Assembly (NCBI GenBank): GCA_977017575.1
Contig: CDRNVI010000030.1
Location: 744,001-808,000 of the forward strand
DNA length: 64,000 bases
Reading direction: 5' to 3'
Origin: Paramoeba atlantica
Lineage: Eukaryota > Protista > Discosea
The notes beneath the pieces were generated by a model. The model searched no databases, was not told the DNA's origin, and saw nothing but the letters and a program-made list of their open reading frames with translations. Positions within the stretch are counted from its first letter, which is position 1; each line of letters begins with the position of its first letter. This document shows, one piece after another, positions 10,787 through 22,623 of the stretch. The translations under genes and the position numbers were made by a program.

Positions 10787-11668
10787 CTATTTGGATCGTA
10801 TTTTTGTACCCTTCCAGTTCCAGAGTGCCACCGATTGGGGTAGCTTACTTATCTCAACTTCGCCCTCAAGACGAAAATTATTAATAAGAAAAATTTCGTA
10901 TAATGTTGGTGGAAGCATAGAGAGATCCACGTGACCGGTAAAATTATTATTTCCCAGAGAAATGCTTCGCAAAGAGGCCGGAAGATGCGTTAAATCCAAC
11001 GGCCCTGAGAACGCATTAAGTGCAATACTGAGGGTGCGTATATCTCTTGGCAACAACGTCAAATCAGCCTCACCCGAAAGTACATTTCGCATTACATCAA
11101 AGGAAGAAAGCCGCTGAGGCAAATGACGAAACTCTATTCCTTGCTGAAAAAAGTTTTTGCGAATGCAGAAAAAATTTAGCACCTGAGGCAAAACCGTAAC
11201 ATCAACATTTCCTTGGAGATCACACCCGTTCGCCTCCATGATTTCGGTGGTCTTGGGGAGATATTTCCATTGCAAAGTACCACACAAGGATGCTCCCACC
11301 CACCGAAGAGCACGTACTTGTGCATTGGTACTGCATGTGATACCTTTCCATGTGCAAGCCGAAGTGCTCGAGTTCCAACTCGGATCTGGTCGCTGGACTT
11401 GGCTAATAAAATTCAATAAATCGTATTCCGGAGGCAAATCTGAACCTCGAACTTTTCCAGCCCTACACCTTTTGGAAAGTGCATCTCTCGACTGCGCGAA
11501 GACAATAATAAGCATAAACTGAAAGAATATGCAAGCAATGTTGTGTATTTTAGCACTTAAAAAAAAATTAAAAACAAGAATTTCTGGGGTTATTCCTGCG
11601 AAACGGTAAAAAGACCCCAAAAATCGAATTTTCGCTATCCACTTAAGAAAAAATGTAAATGCCAACAT
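10787..11668 (-). CDS. LRR family protein 2 (likely start at ATG 11515, MLIIVFAQSRD)
   Basis: GKVRGSDLPPEY, WNSSTSACTWKGITC cap, 23-aa LRRs. Confidence 0.9.
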   Translation of the reverse strand: MLAFTFFLKWIAKIRFLGSFYRFAGITPEILVFNFFLSAKIHNIACIFFQFMLIIVFAQSRDALSKRCRAGKVRGSDLPPEYDLLNFISQVQRPDPSWNSSTSACTWKGITCSTNAQVRALRWVGASLCGTLQWKYLPKTTEIMEANGCDLQGNVDVTVLPQVLNFFCIRKNFFQQGIEFRHLPQRLSSFDVMRNVLSGEADLTLLPRDIRTLSIALNAFSGPLDLTHLPASLRSISLGNNNFTGHVDLSMLPPTLYEIFLINNFRLEGEVEISKLPQSVALWNWKGTKIRSK

Positions 11669-11805
11669 TGACTCATGTCTGCATGAGATACGAGTTATTC
11701 TTGTATAGTATAAACATTTCTAGGCCATTTTCATGAAATATAAGACGTTAAAAAGATTCACACATCTCATCTACTTTCCGCGTCGTAATGATTTCCGCTT
11801 TTCAT

Positions 11806-12558
11806 TTACGTTGCTTCCTTTCCTTCTTGACGTTTACTTCGATATTCACATATTTTTATGTAAGTTGCTTCAAAATCATCCTGGATTCCACTATCCCAAG
11901 ACATATCGCTTAATGTGGCAGGAAGATAGTCATAGAATGCCTCTCCAAAAAGGTCCTCGTTATTCTGCAAACACAAGCACTCCAGTTTGTCCGGTAAACT
12001 AGAAAGATCCACCTCTTTACTGAAACGATTGTCTGAGAAGTTTAAGCATCGCAACTTCGCAGGGAGACCAACAAGACTCAAAGACCCTGAAAAGGCATTG
12101 TGCGAAACGTCAAGTTTTTCAATGGCGTAGGGAAGCAAGATAAGGTCCAGCCAACCTGTTAGATGATTATGACACACATCTAAGCACTGGAGTTCGCGAG
12201 GTAAAGAGCCCAGACTAATGCTCCCAACCAAAAGATTATGTGAAAGGATGAGGTCTGTGAGTGACGCGGGTAAGTGTTCCCATACTAGGTATCCTCCAAT
12301 CTGATGCTCTGCCCACTGTATGCGTGCAACCTGTTTCGTGCCATCACACTCCACCCCAGTCCAATTACACGCTGCAACATGAGTGTCCCATGTGTCATGT
12401 CGGTTACTGACATTTCGAAGAAATTGATCTAGAAGGTATTCCTGAGGAAATGGGACGCCATGAGACTTTGCCCGACGAACCGAAGGCATAGGGGAGGGCA
12501 GTTCTGGAACAGAATCATCACACGTTCGCAGGCAGGACAATTTAATGCTATCTAACAT
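11806..12558 (-). CDS. LRR family protein 3
   Basis: RRAKSHGVPFPQEY, ACNWTGVEC cap, 23-aa LRRs. Confidence 0.9.
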   Translation of the reverse strand: MLDSIKLSCLRTCDDSVPELPSPMPSVRRAKSHGVPFPQEYLLDQFLRNVSNRHDTWDTHVAACNWTGVECDGTKQVARIQWAEHQIGGYLVWEHLPASLTDLILSHNLLVGSISLGSLPRELQCLDVCHNHLTGWLDLILLPYAIEKLDVSHNAFSGSLSLVGLPAKLRCLNFSDNRFSKEVDLSSLPDKLECLCLQNNEDLFGEAFYDYLPATLSDMSWDSGIQDDFEATYIKICEYRSKRQEGKEAT

Positions 12559-12901
12559 GTGAAGCTTAAAGCAAAAACTACCCAAAAGACCTCAGCGACC
12601 TATTTAAGAAAATGAATTGTCCAAAGTAACGAATAGATCGCATGAATAACTACACTAAACTCTAAAACATACATGTATTTCGAAAGCTGTGGGAGGATCA
12701 ATGCTATTTTTTAGAGAAATCAGTAGAAAAATAGATCCACTGTCTTACCAATAAAAAAACAATGTACATCTACAAAAAATGTATGATAATCTTGACGTTT
12801 CACTATTCATAGGTTCAAAACTATATGTATTTTTAGAAGGGATCGAAACATTTCGCTTAGCCAATCGTACATCTCAATACCATTCGTTATTTTGCATGCC
12901 T

Positions 12902-13564
12902 CTATTTGTTGTGTTTTGCTTCCAGGCCAAGCTGTTTTGTCATCACCTCGATACTGTCTAACACCTTTGGCGTCTCAAAAACCGCATCGGGAATCTCTGC
13001 TCCACGAAACATAGATTCCATCAAGGAAGCCGCACCCCGGGGAGAGACTTCCCAGCCGAGAGTCTTTAGCAACTCCTCCGCCAGCATCTTGACCAGATCC
13101 AGGTTCGGAAGTACTACCTTTGAGTACTCATCATCGGGATCCGCGAACAGCGGGTACTCCTGATCATCCACCTGAGTGGTACTCTGCTGCCCACTCTCGT
13201 CAAGAATAGGATAAGAGGTGAGGGCGTAGGCCTTGAGCACGCGGTGCGGGTCCCCAAGGTGAGGGGGGAGAAAAACAGACATGGGTACATGTTTCTGTCG
13301 CGCCACCTCTCCTTTGAGGCGAATCACCTCAAGGGTGCGACTGTCAACACTCTTCGCAAGCCACTGTGCAAGTTCTTGACGGATTCCCTCACGGCGTAGT
13401 ATGGCTCGATAAACGGTTTCCATCGCAGCGTTGTCCCAACCCTTACCAAAGAAGTACCGTCGCTGTGCGTGTTGATCGTTGTGGCTAGAAATGAGCGTGG
13501 AAGCAATTGAGAAACGGTGCAAACTTCTTCCAGAGATGAAACGACGCATTTGCGGAGATAACAT
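12902..13564 (-). CDS. Probable mitochondrial protein, function unassigned
   Basis: Presequence-like N-terminus MLSPQMRRFISGRSLHRFS; the ORF extends to an upstream ATG at 13684; body (YFFGKGWDNAA, FLPPHLGD) looks like a conserved kinetoplastid mitochondrial protein but could not be named. Confidence 0.6.
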   Translation of the reverse strand: MLSPQMRRFISGRSLHRFSIASTLISSHNDQHAQRRYFFGKGWDNAAMETVYRAILRREGIRQELAQWLAKSVDSRTLEVIRLKGEVARQKHVPMSVFLPPHLGDPHRVLKAYALTSYPILDESGQQSTTQVDDQEYPLFADPDDEYSKVVLPNLDLVKMLAEELLKTLGWEVSPRGAASLMESMFRGAEIPDAVFETPKVLDSIEVMTKQLGLEAKHNK

Positions 13565-13859
13565 GCGAAATGTAAGGATACAATAATAAAAGAGTAGGAA
13601 AACGATGTCTCGAACTATGCTGCGCTGTTTTGATGTCCAAGGCGAAATATTTTGTATTTTTCTATGTGTATCCATAGAATTCATTCTTTTGTTCTAGTGC
13701 TGGCAAAAACCAGTGACTTTTTATTGTTCAACTTTTCGAATTGTCGCACAATCAGTAAATCTGTTAGGCGTAAAGCAAGATCAAGTAAAAAGTAAAGAAA
13801 GCAAATGAGGATAAGTTAGTAGCAAGAGAATACTGATAAAAGATAATATCATCCACATT

Positions 13860-15470
13860 CTAGGGAACATGAGAATGCCACTCTAGATATTGATTAACCA
13901 AGTCTCGATCCACGCTAGGAAGATGGGTTTTGACTGAATGGAATATATCGGACACCGTTACAAGACGAGATTTTAAATCTGTTGAAGAGTCACTAATTCG
14001 ATTTCTAAAATGTGACTTAGTGCTATTTCTGGAAGCTACCTCGTTCTCGTTTGAAGGAAGGTCATTATCTTGTAAAGTGTTTAAGAGAATAGCTCTACTC
14101 CACTCTCGTATCGGTGACATTGATGCATGCTGCCAAACGGTACGTAGATCGGAGAAACTGTATCCCTCAAGTAAGTCTGACGCTTCTATGAGACATTTCT
14201 CTGTGAAATGAGGCGCCCTTCGACGAAGAAACTCTATCCGGGCGTGTGCATCCGGTAGGGGTACATGAACCACCAACTCGAATCGCCTACGAAAGGCAGC
14301 ATCAAGCTCCCATGGTAAATTTGTTGCCCCAAGAAATATCCCGATGCTACCTTCATTTAAAAAACTTTGCAATCGGACAAGAAACTCGGTCTTCACGCGT
14401 CGGAAACTTTCAGAATCTGAAGCTGTGGACCCTCCTCGGGTGGAGAATATTGCATCAATTTCATCCAAAAACATCATAGGACGCGGAATTCGCCGAAGTG
14501 CCAGAAACGCGGCGCGCACACCTTTTTCAGATTCCCCCAACCATTTACTCAGAAAGTCAGACGCGGTGAGGGAAAGAAGAGTCATGTTTGCTTCTTTAGC
14601 TAGAGCGAGCGCAAGCATAGTTTTTCCAGTTCCGGGAGGACCGTACAACAGAATAGAACGGGCAGGACGATAGTCACTTAGAGAGGACGGAACCGAAGTC
14701 TTGCATTTGACATTAGATTTCGTGACATTGTTTCCCGATAATTTGCTCAAGGACGAGTAATTGCTGCTATTAATTCTAACTCCAGACCCGGAAGTGCATG
14801 TGTTCGAGTTGAATTCTTCAGTTCTATCACTTGGAACCACGCATGCACCAAAGCTAACAAGTTCAGAGAAATGCAAAGGAAGAAGAACAGATTCAGCAAG
14901 CTCATTTTTTGCCTGCATATGACCAGCAATATCACACCACGAGGTTTCTATTTTATTCGGCGATATTGCACCGTTTAAAATCTCCCGAACACACTTTTCA
15001 AGATCACCTATACAGTGAGATTCGTCTCGCTTTTCAGCATCAACCACAATGTCTTGACACAGAATCCTATCTCCTCGACCAGATTCCTTGATACTCGTAA
15101 ATCCCACATTTGAATTATCGTGATGTTTTAAATGACGATCTACGATGCTGTTTATCTGACGAGAAATATCAAGGTACATTACGACAAACACAGGTGACTT
15201 TTCAAGCGTAGAAATTAGGCTTAGAGATTCTAGCGCTTTGTGGAGATGTTTAAACGCCAGATGTGCAGCGTATCCATCTTCTTGGTTGGAAGACTCTGCT
15301 GAATATATGGGTACACTTTTAGGTAAAACTGGCGATTCATTGTTGAAGGCACTCTCATGCATTTTAACGAAAGGTTCCGCATCTAAGCTTTCCTTGGCGC
15401 TTAATAAAGCGATTGATGCACGCAAGAAGCTGAGTGCCTCACGGCGGCGCTTTAGTAGCAGTTCTTCCAT
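13860..15470 (-). CDS. AAA ATPase of the katanin p60/VPS4/spastin group
   Basis: ILLYGPPGTGKT (Walker A), SKWLGESEK pore loop, FLDEID (Walker B), GATNLPWELDAAFRRRF. Confidence 0.9.
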   Translation of the reverse strand: MEELLLKRRREALSFLRASIALLSAKESLDAEPFVKMHESAFNNESPVLPKSVPIYSAESSNQEDGYAAHLAFKHLHKALESLSLISTLEKSPVFVVMYLDISRQINSIVDRHLKHHDNSNVGFTSIKESGRGDRILCQDIVVDAEKRDESHCIGDLEKCVREILNGAISPNKIETSWCDIAGHMQAKNELAESVLLPLHFSELVSFGACVVPSDRTEEFNSNTCTSGSGVRINSSNYSSLSKLSGNNVTKSNVKCKTSVPSSLSDYRPARSILLYGPPGTGKTMLALALAKEANMTLLSLTASDFLSKWLGESEKGVRAAFLALRRIPRPMMFLDEIDAIFSTRGGSTASDSESFRRVKTEFLVRLQSFLNEGSIGIFLGATNLPWELDAAFRRRFELVVHVPLPDAHARIEFLRRRAPHFTEKCLIEASDLLEGYSFSDLRTVWQHASMSPIREWSRAILLNTLQDNDLPSNENEVASRNSTKSHFRNRISDSSTDLKSRLVTVSDIFHSVKTHLPSVDRDLVNQYLEWHSHVP

Positions 15471-15589
15471 ATGCAATGATAAAGGCAATTCTTTGAATGC
15501 CTCATGTAAGCTTCTTTCATCTTAACTTCAGTTGGTAAATTGCGAATGTAAGTCAACGACTTTAAGAATGCACCAAAATAATGTAATGT

Positions 15590-15648
15590 GCCCCCCACTT
15601 ATAGTGCCGCGGTTTTCGACCAAACGGCACTATAAGTGAGGGGGGGGG
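15590..15648. repeat. Short foldback with a perfect 14-bp stem (mini-MITE-like)
   Basis: CACTTATAGTGCCG-15 nt-CGGCACTATAAGTG, flanked by a C-run and a G-run. Confidence 0.8.
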
Positions 15649-16233
15649 TAGTGTTGCGGTGGTTGTATAACTACCGCTCTACCCTCGATTATTGAAAAAA
15701 AAGTGAACCAAAACAGTGAAAATATAAAGAGGAACACAGTAATATAATTGAAGAAAAAAATATAAAAGGGGGATCCGGTGGTCCAAAACTGAAAAATAGA
15801 AAAAAATGGAGGGTCTAGGGGGGGTCCAAGGGAGGAGCATACGTCGCGATCTTTTTTTTCTTCAAATTTTTTATTTTTCAAAATCGAGCGCAGGGAAGTG
15901 TTAGAGTATACCGCGGCGATGATCCCCCCCCCACCTGGGGGTGACCCCCCTGGTACGCGCAGGAGGGGTCCGACGAGGTCAAAATTTCCGAAAGTTTTGG
16001 GATGACCAAAAAAAATTAAAATATTATATTTCCAAAATCGATTCCTAGAACGTATTTTAAGAGTTTGGGACCTCAGCTACCATTCTACGACGTTTTTTTT
16101 CGACAGATTCGCCTCCTACCTCTAGTGGTATGGCATCAAAAATGGCCCAAATTCGGGGTAAAATTTCGCAATCTTTCAGATCGAGGGTGAAAAGTTTTCC
16201 ACCCTCAATTAAATACACTATACAGTACAATTA

Positions 16234-16646
16234 CACTGTTCCGCCTGTCAAAAATAAAGGAAAATTTAAATTCAGAAAAGGAAAATTCATTTTTTTAGTT
16301 TCATTTTCCTTTATTTTTGATCAGGGTGGAGAAAATATGAAGTATGGCGATGAAGTTGTGGAGCGGAGTCATAAAAACGTCATGTACTGGGAAAGTTCAA
16401 GATGATTTCGGTGTAAAGGGGAGACAATCTGACAATGTATTACGTAGGAGTGAGCAGATAAAATAAGATATAAATAAGATAAAAATTGGTCATCCAGTGC
16501 CATCAAAATCTTCATACTGTCCATTGCTTGGCGTCCACTTGCACGCTCGATTCGCGCCTTTTTCGGAGGCGCCATAAAGGACAAAAAGAGGAAAAAGGAA
16601 AATATCAATCAAAATCCATTTTCCTTTATTTTTGGCCAGGGGAGTA
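16234..16646. mobile_element. Degenerate Tc1-like MITE remnant
   Basis: CCTGTCAAAAATAAAGGAAAAT at ~16244; inverted copies at ~16303-16325 and 16617-16644 (..TTTTTGGCCAGGGGAG|TA). Confidence 0.5.
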
Positions 16647-16907
16647 CACAGTAAATACAATTTTACTTTAGAAAGAACTTTATCAGAGAGGTACCATGCA
16701 TTACCTCATTACGAAATTTCTTCATTACGTTTTAGTCGAGAAAAACAAGAAATGTACTACACATAAAATATGAGTTTTGTATTCATATTCCCAACTAAAT
16801 ATACACAATTCAAATTACTAACGCAAAGATTACAAAATCGGTCAACCGTAATTAGATATTACCGGTGAAACGGTTATTAAGGATAAAAGTAATTAAGGCA
16901 GAACGGA

Positions 16908-17260
16908 TTTAAAAATTAATTATTGCCTTAAATAAAGTTGCCTTAATTAAAGTGGCGCTGATAAAAACCCAAAACAGTTCTTATCTTGTAGCATAAATAT
17001 CACATTTCTGCTCAAAGTGCTTAGTTTTCGATCATTTTTCATGTTTTTCGAACTTTTCTAGACGAGATTCGCCTGTTTCTCCTACCTTTACGGTCTTCAA
17101 CCAGTTCAACGTATGAGAGAAAAGCTAAAACGATCATTGAAAGGAGAAGAGACGGAATCATGAAATTAATTACATGTATTCCCATTTTTTCCCCCAAAAT
17201 GACTAAAAATTAATTATTGCCTTAATTAAAGCTGCCATAATTAAAGTTGCCTTAATTTTA
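16908..17260 (+). repeat. Direct repeat of an AT-rich block built from GCCTTAATTAAAG subunits
   Basis: AAAAATTAATTATTGCCTTAA.TAAAG.TGCC.TAATTAAAGT at ~16908 and ~17205. Confidence 0.75.
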
Positions 17261-17264
17261 ATTA

Positions 17265-17381
17265 CAGTGCGCCCAGTTAGTAAAGTCCCAAAAAACGGTT
17301 TTCCCAAATAGTAATTTTCTTTTTGTAGTTGCCCAAAATCGGTGGTAACTACTAAAAAAACTTTACTATCTGGGCGCACTG
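17265..17381. mobile_element. 117-bp Tc1/mariner-type MITE
   Basis: TA|CAGTGCGCCCAGTTAGTAAAGT ... ACTTTACTATCTGGGCGCACTG|TA; 22-bp TIR with one mismatch and TA flanks. Confidence 0.9.
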
Positions 17382-17660
17382 TACCCTTAATTGAAGTTTC
17401 TACGGTAACCGTAAATAGAAAAAAATAGGTTATTTTTTGGGAATTCCCCACCTCAAAGTCTTCTCTTACACAGTGTTTCTCTGTACACGGTGAATCACTG
17501 TCAACTGCGTGACGACCACTGTATAATTATTGTAAAAGTTTTATAAAACAAATACAAGAAAGGAAGAATTCCTTCTATTATGGGTATTTTCTTTTGCCAT
17601 CTTTTAGAAAAATCATTCATCAGGTAACAAACTCGTACCCATTTCTTGGATAACAAGTTT

Positions 17661-18506
17661 TTATAATGCGCATCGGGATTGACATCTCTTGCATTGTAAG
17701 ATAGTCCCTTGAGAGTTATACAAGTAGCGGGGAACAGTACCGTTATAAACGAACTGTTCAAAATGATTATTACGAAGAAGGATGCGATGAATCCCACATG
17801 CGGTATTGCCAATGGTCACATTTCCACTAAAATGATTAGACTCCAAATTCAACCTAACTAAGTTTGGTGGCAAGTGACTGAGGTCGATATTTCCGGAAAG
17901 TTCATTATTAGATAAGCACAGCTGAAAGCGTGAGATCGGCAGATTTGTCAAGTCCACATTCCCAGAGATTGCGTTGGAGTCCAGATTCAGAAGTTCTAGA
18001 ACAGGAGAAAGGCGCGTAAGCACAAGGTTTCCCGGATGTCCTGCTCCGAGATGGTTCTTTCCGGCTGCCAATTCTTTTAAAGATTTCGGTAGAAAACTGA
18101 AATCAAGTGACTGCGTAGTAAAATGATGGTTCTGAACATAAAATTTTTCTGTTGCACTAGGAATTGCAGAAAAATCAATATCGCCTACTAAAAAATCCAA
18201 AGAGGTCCACGGATTGCAAATGTAGAGTTCAGTAATGGTAGAGGGGAGATATGACCAACTTAGGTTTCCACGAAGACCCGATTGTTGCCAGTCCAGGGCA
18301 ATAATCTGTTCATGCTCACTATTACACTTTACTCCAGCCCAAGAACATGTTGAAACCGATTCCTTCCATGTTCGTGGACGGTTTTTTACGTATTGAACGA
18401 ATCGGTGGAGCTCCATATCTTGCGACAGCACTGTGTGAGATACTTTACCCAATCGGCGTCGTTTGATAGGTGGCACTTCATCAGCGCAAATGGCTAGGGA
18501 TAGCAT
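17661..18506 (-). CDS. LRR family protein 4
   Basis: MLSLAICAD..KRRRLGKVSHTVLSQDM, CSWAGVKC cap, LRRs. Confidence 0.9.
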   Translation of the reverse strand: MLSLAICADEVPPIKRRRLGKVSHTVLSQDMELHRFVQYVKNRPRTWKESVSTCSWAGVKCNSEHEQIIALDWQQSGLRGNLSWSYLPSTITELYICNPWTSLDFLVGDIDFSAIPSATEKFYVQNHHFTTQSLDFSFLPKSLKELAAGKNHLGAGHPGNLVLTRLSPVLELLNLDSNAISGNVDLTNLPISRFQLCLSNNELSGNIDLSHLPPNLVRLNLESNHFSGNVTIGNTACGIHRILLRNNHFEQFVYNGTVPRYLYNSQGTILQCKRCQSRCAL

Positions 18507-18739
18507 TGAAGGACACTAAAAGCAATGAAGAGCATAATAAATAGACAAAAAATACTTCTACAAATCTCTTCTACATTGCGATCGCAAGCAAGCGATAATT
18601 CTCAGCTCTCTGAGGTTTCCCCCCAAAAAAAGTTAAAAAATAATTTTTTCAAAGCAGATTGCCAAACCGTATTCTGAGAGCTTGGAAGCCCAGATACGAT
18701 TCTATGATATTTTTACGATGAGATACCTCCAAATACAAA

Positions 18740-18900
18740 TCATTCCTGATTGCTCCGAATGGTCCCTGGCAAGCCAGACCCTTCACAGACAGATTTGGAA
18801 GTTTTTTCAAGGGGAGGATGTTAAAAAACGCATGGGACATCATAACGTTCCCCCTCGGAATGTTATCTAGCTACAGGAATGTTAAACCGGACTGTGGTTT
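18740..18900 (+). repeat. Dispersed repeat shared with 9915-9950 (inverted) and 10120-10372 (direct)
   Basis: Matches to 10120-10372 as listed for that feature; AAAAAACGCATGGGACATC at ~18825 is the reverse complement of GATGTCCCATGCGTTTTT at ~9918. Confidence 0.75.
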
Positions 18901-20126
18901 AGAAGATCTGTTGGCGTATGCCCCCTACCCCCGTGTCCATCCTTTCGACGAGAAGGAAGTTTTTCGGGTCAAGTGACATGGAAATATACCCAAAAAATAT
19001 TTTTTTTCTAAAACTGGCCATTTCAATATTGTACACCCCCGTTCACCCTGTTTTGCCCGGTATTGTGCACCTCAAAAATGCTTGAAACTGTATAAAAAGC
19101 GGTTATTCGGCGTTTTTAGGAGAGTTCTACCCAGGAAAAATGTTTTTTGCCATGACAACCCCATTGTACTCGTTTGCGAGGGGGCGTAACTTTCAATTTT
19201 CCCGTAAAGTGACATTTTTTTTGGGTATAATCAATTTTTCACTTTGTTGATAGTGGTTACACAGAGGAAAGGGTGGTTTACAATGCAAGAATGTAATTTA
19301 CAACTAGCATGGTCATCCCACACAGCTTTTTTATGAATGTTGTTAGGACCAGGAAGAGGTTCCGAACTTACTTCCCCATTACGGGGTTGTGTCCAACATT
19401 TAAAGAAGGTACCTTTTTACAGAAACGGTATCTTCTCAAAAACTCCAGTGTTTTGCAAGGCTTTAAAATTCGATATTCCCTCTTTGCTCAAGGTGCGGCT
19501 GCCTTTTGCTCCTTTCTGAACAATCAAAGTGGAGGTATCGCGCGGTCGAGGTACAAATCAAAGTCGAGGTATCACGCATCCTTTATCGAAAAATAATACA
19601 TTTCAAGGTCTTTTGAGTCATTATTCGTCGTCTGGGGGAAATTTGTCCATGATTCGCAACTGATATTTCGGAACACATTTACAAAATATACAAATGTATA
19701 TTTATGTATGTAGCTCAATGTCGGTCTGGTAGCTGCTTCGTTAAAAAGAGGTGGTTGTTGGTAAACGGGGTTTCGCAAATTGCATTCCACTAACGACGAC
19801 GTGTATGGATCAGACCCGCTCATGCGTGAAGAAATGACCATACTGCGGAAATTTTAATTGGCACTTGCTTCCATCTGCCAATCGTCTGTAGCAAACTCTG
19901 CCGAGAGGTCTGAATTTACAACGTGGACAAACTGATCTGTTCCCGAAGTCATGGCCTTGAAGCCAAAGAATCATATTTCATATAGAGCCGGCATTCAGAA
20001 ATCGTTTTCCGGCCTCCACCTCCTTGTAAGTAGTACAAGGTCTTATTGCCAATAAGGCTGGACAAATTTAGCTCGATTTTCTGTATTACCCGAGCGCCCA
20101 GGCCTTGAAAAATTTCAACAAAATAG

Positions 20127-21203
20127 CAGGGTTCGCAGAAACTATAATATAGTAAAATATAGTTTTTTTCATTGAATATAGTTACTATATAGTACTATAT
20201 TTACTATATTTTACTATAAAACTATAAGAAAACTATAAAGGTTTTTTCACCTTACAAGTGATATTTTTTGAGTCCTCTCCGCTTGTGAAGGACATGCACA
20301 CGCCTCTACATGCGTTCTTACACGCTTACATGCGTATGATATGACAAGAAATTCTGAAAAAAATGTGACCCAAGCTAAAGTGGACGAGGGAGATACTAAA
20401 AGCACCTTTGGCAAACCACCATAAAAATGGAAGGGTATGTCCCTTAAAGATTCTTTTGGTACGTCGGAATCCTTTCCAAACCGGGAGATATCATTCTATT
20501 TTTGTGGTGGTTTAAAGGTGCTTTTAGAACCTCCCTCGTCCACTTTATCTTGGGTTACATAGCTATCGAAACATCCTCCCTCTTCCCCGCGATTCCATCA
20601 CCGCCGAAAAATATCATCAACTAGTGTGTCATCTCCTCGGAAATAGCAATGAAACGCATGCGAAAGGAGTGACGATAGGAAGTACAAACTCTCCACTCGA
20701 CAACACACCGCGTAGTTTATTCAGACTCATATGATTGTATTTATTCAAACTCATAGAATTGTGAGCAGCAATTATTCAGTCCCAAGACATAACGTCGGTG
20801 GCTCCAGCCAACGCGCGGCGACAGCGATGCAGTGAGAAGATGTTCGGGACGCAAGATTCGCACAAGGCAATCTGTCAAGGCCACGTGATGGGACTGGGGT
20901 ACGTCCCCTCCTGACACAAGTTACATTCAACCGCTTGTTTACTTCCCTCCGTGTGCAGCAGTTCAATAAAATAATCTTTGCAGAAACTACCCCTCGTAAC
21001 TTTAGTTTCGGGCATCAATTTTCGGGTTTAAAAATAAGAAAAATCGTACACAAATGAATTCGCCGTGTATTTATGGCGTGTTGGTGAGCTTCGGAGTGCT
21101 TAAAATGTGAAACAAAAAAATATAGTTTTTTATAGTTTTCGAAAAAAGTTTATAGTAACTATATAGTACTATATTGATAGTTTTATAGTTTCTGCGAACC
21201 CTG
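20127..21203. mobile_element. Non-autonomous hAT element
   Basis: Perfect 21-bp TIR CAGGGTTCGCAGAAACTATAA, perfect 8-bp TSD caaaatag (20119-20126 and 21204-21211), ACTATA/TATAGT subterminal repeats. Confidence 0.93.
20363..20560. repeat. ~200-bp foldback (~80-bp arms) inside the hAT element
   Basis: ATGTGACCCAAGCTAAAGTGGACGAGGG...AAACCACC pairs with GGTGGTTT...CCCTCGTCCACTTTATCTTGGGTTACAT. Confidence 0.85.
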
Positions 21204-21579
21204 CAAAATAGTACGATTCCAGTGCAGATCATTGACAAAAAAATAAAGGTAGATAAAGGTAGGGAAAAATAAATATAGTTACTTTAAAGTACCTATAATA
21301 AAGTTTTATAGTTATTCGGACCCCTGTTCCCTCGGTAGCATCAAGCACTGACTTCACCAAAAGAAGACATGCAAATGTGATACAACCGGAGCAATCCTTA
21401 TCAGGCACCATTCCGATAAAAAAGAGAACCTCTAATAACTAATTATAAATATAATTAATTATTATAAATTCTCTCTAATAACTAATTATAAATATAATTA
21501 GTACAATTAGTTGTGTTTTTTTTCCTTTTTCTATCAACGCGCCCCGCGTAATGCATTCAATAATGCGGCGTTGGCAATA

Positions 21580-22623
21580 CAGTAAACGTCACTATTCTGA
21601 GAGTCGCTAAAAATGAGAATTGGGCTGTCAACGTACAACTGACTAAAATGAGAATGCACCTTAGAAAATGAGAATGGAGCTTCGGTCATGTGTCAACGTT
21701 CAATTCAATTTTACACTCAAAAATGAGAATTGAAAAAAAAACGCTTTCGTTCTCTCACTGATTAACTCACTGCTTCATCTTCACTAACTGGAGAGGATGC
21801 GAGAGATCGGTGGAAATCACTGGGGATACCGTATACTCCCCCACTAATGGACCCCCCAGTAGCAGAGATTTCGCCATTTTTGGGCCGACACACAGTAACA
21901 AGGATTTGTCTCGGGAGGGTGGTTGGAGGGGGGGGGGGGTGTCTGGACGGGATGAGGGTGGTTGTGCAGTAGCGAATCGCGTGGTTTCTGGGTTGGCTGT
22001 ACAGAAAATCAACGCACTCATGAACGAAAAAGGCCTTTACCCACCGAAAAAGCATACCCCACCCAGTAACAAGGATTTGGCCTTTATGGTCCAAAATCGA
22101 TTCTATTACCGGGGGGGGGTATAGGTAGGTGGAGATAGATGGGGGTCACAGAGGATCACTGGAGATCATTTTTATCGTTGTCCCTTCTCTTCTTCCATTC
22201 ATGAAAGGCACACAAATGTCTTAGTGAGACCAAAAAAAGAAAAGAAAACATTGATTTAGGTGACTACGAGTAATGAAACTTTGTTTTTCTGAAAACAAAA
22301 CGCTAATACACAAAAGGAAAACTTGCGCTGTTTGACTGCGCGGCGTTCTTCTGATAGAGCGGCGACTCCGCAAACCAAGGAGATAGTGGGAGATCTCTGG
22401 GGATCATTTTTGTGCATCCAAAGCGGCCTGTTGCTCCGCTGCTAACATTTTTCTTGCAAAACGTTTTCTTTTTTAAAAATGAGAATTATGATTTGACCTC
22501 ATAAAAAAGTGCCTGTCAACGTTCAACAGACCAATTCTGAGAATAGTGACGAAAAACGACAAAAAAGCCGTTTTTTGTGTGTCAACGTACAACTGAACAT
22601 TCTGAGAATAGTGACGTTTACTG
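21580..22623. mobile_element. Second copy (inverted) of the CAGTAAACG TA-flanked element
   Basis: TA|CAGTAAACGTCACTATTCT ... AGAATAGTGACGTTTACTG|TA; ~150 bp at the right end is the near-exact reverse complement of 2156-2310. Confidence 0.9.
21829..22125. mobile_element. 297-bp TA-flanked MITE nested in the CAGTAAACG element
   Basis: TA|CCGTATACTCCCCC ... GGGGGGGGGTATAGG|TA; related to 40257-40788. Confidence 0.75.

Noticed and set aside
18986-19229. 13-bp inverted repeat TATACCCAAAAAA suggesting a MITE
   Set aside because: Too short and low-complexity; no further TIR extension
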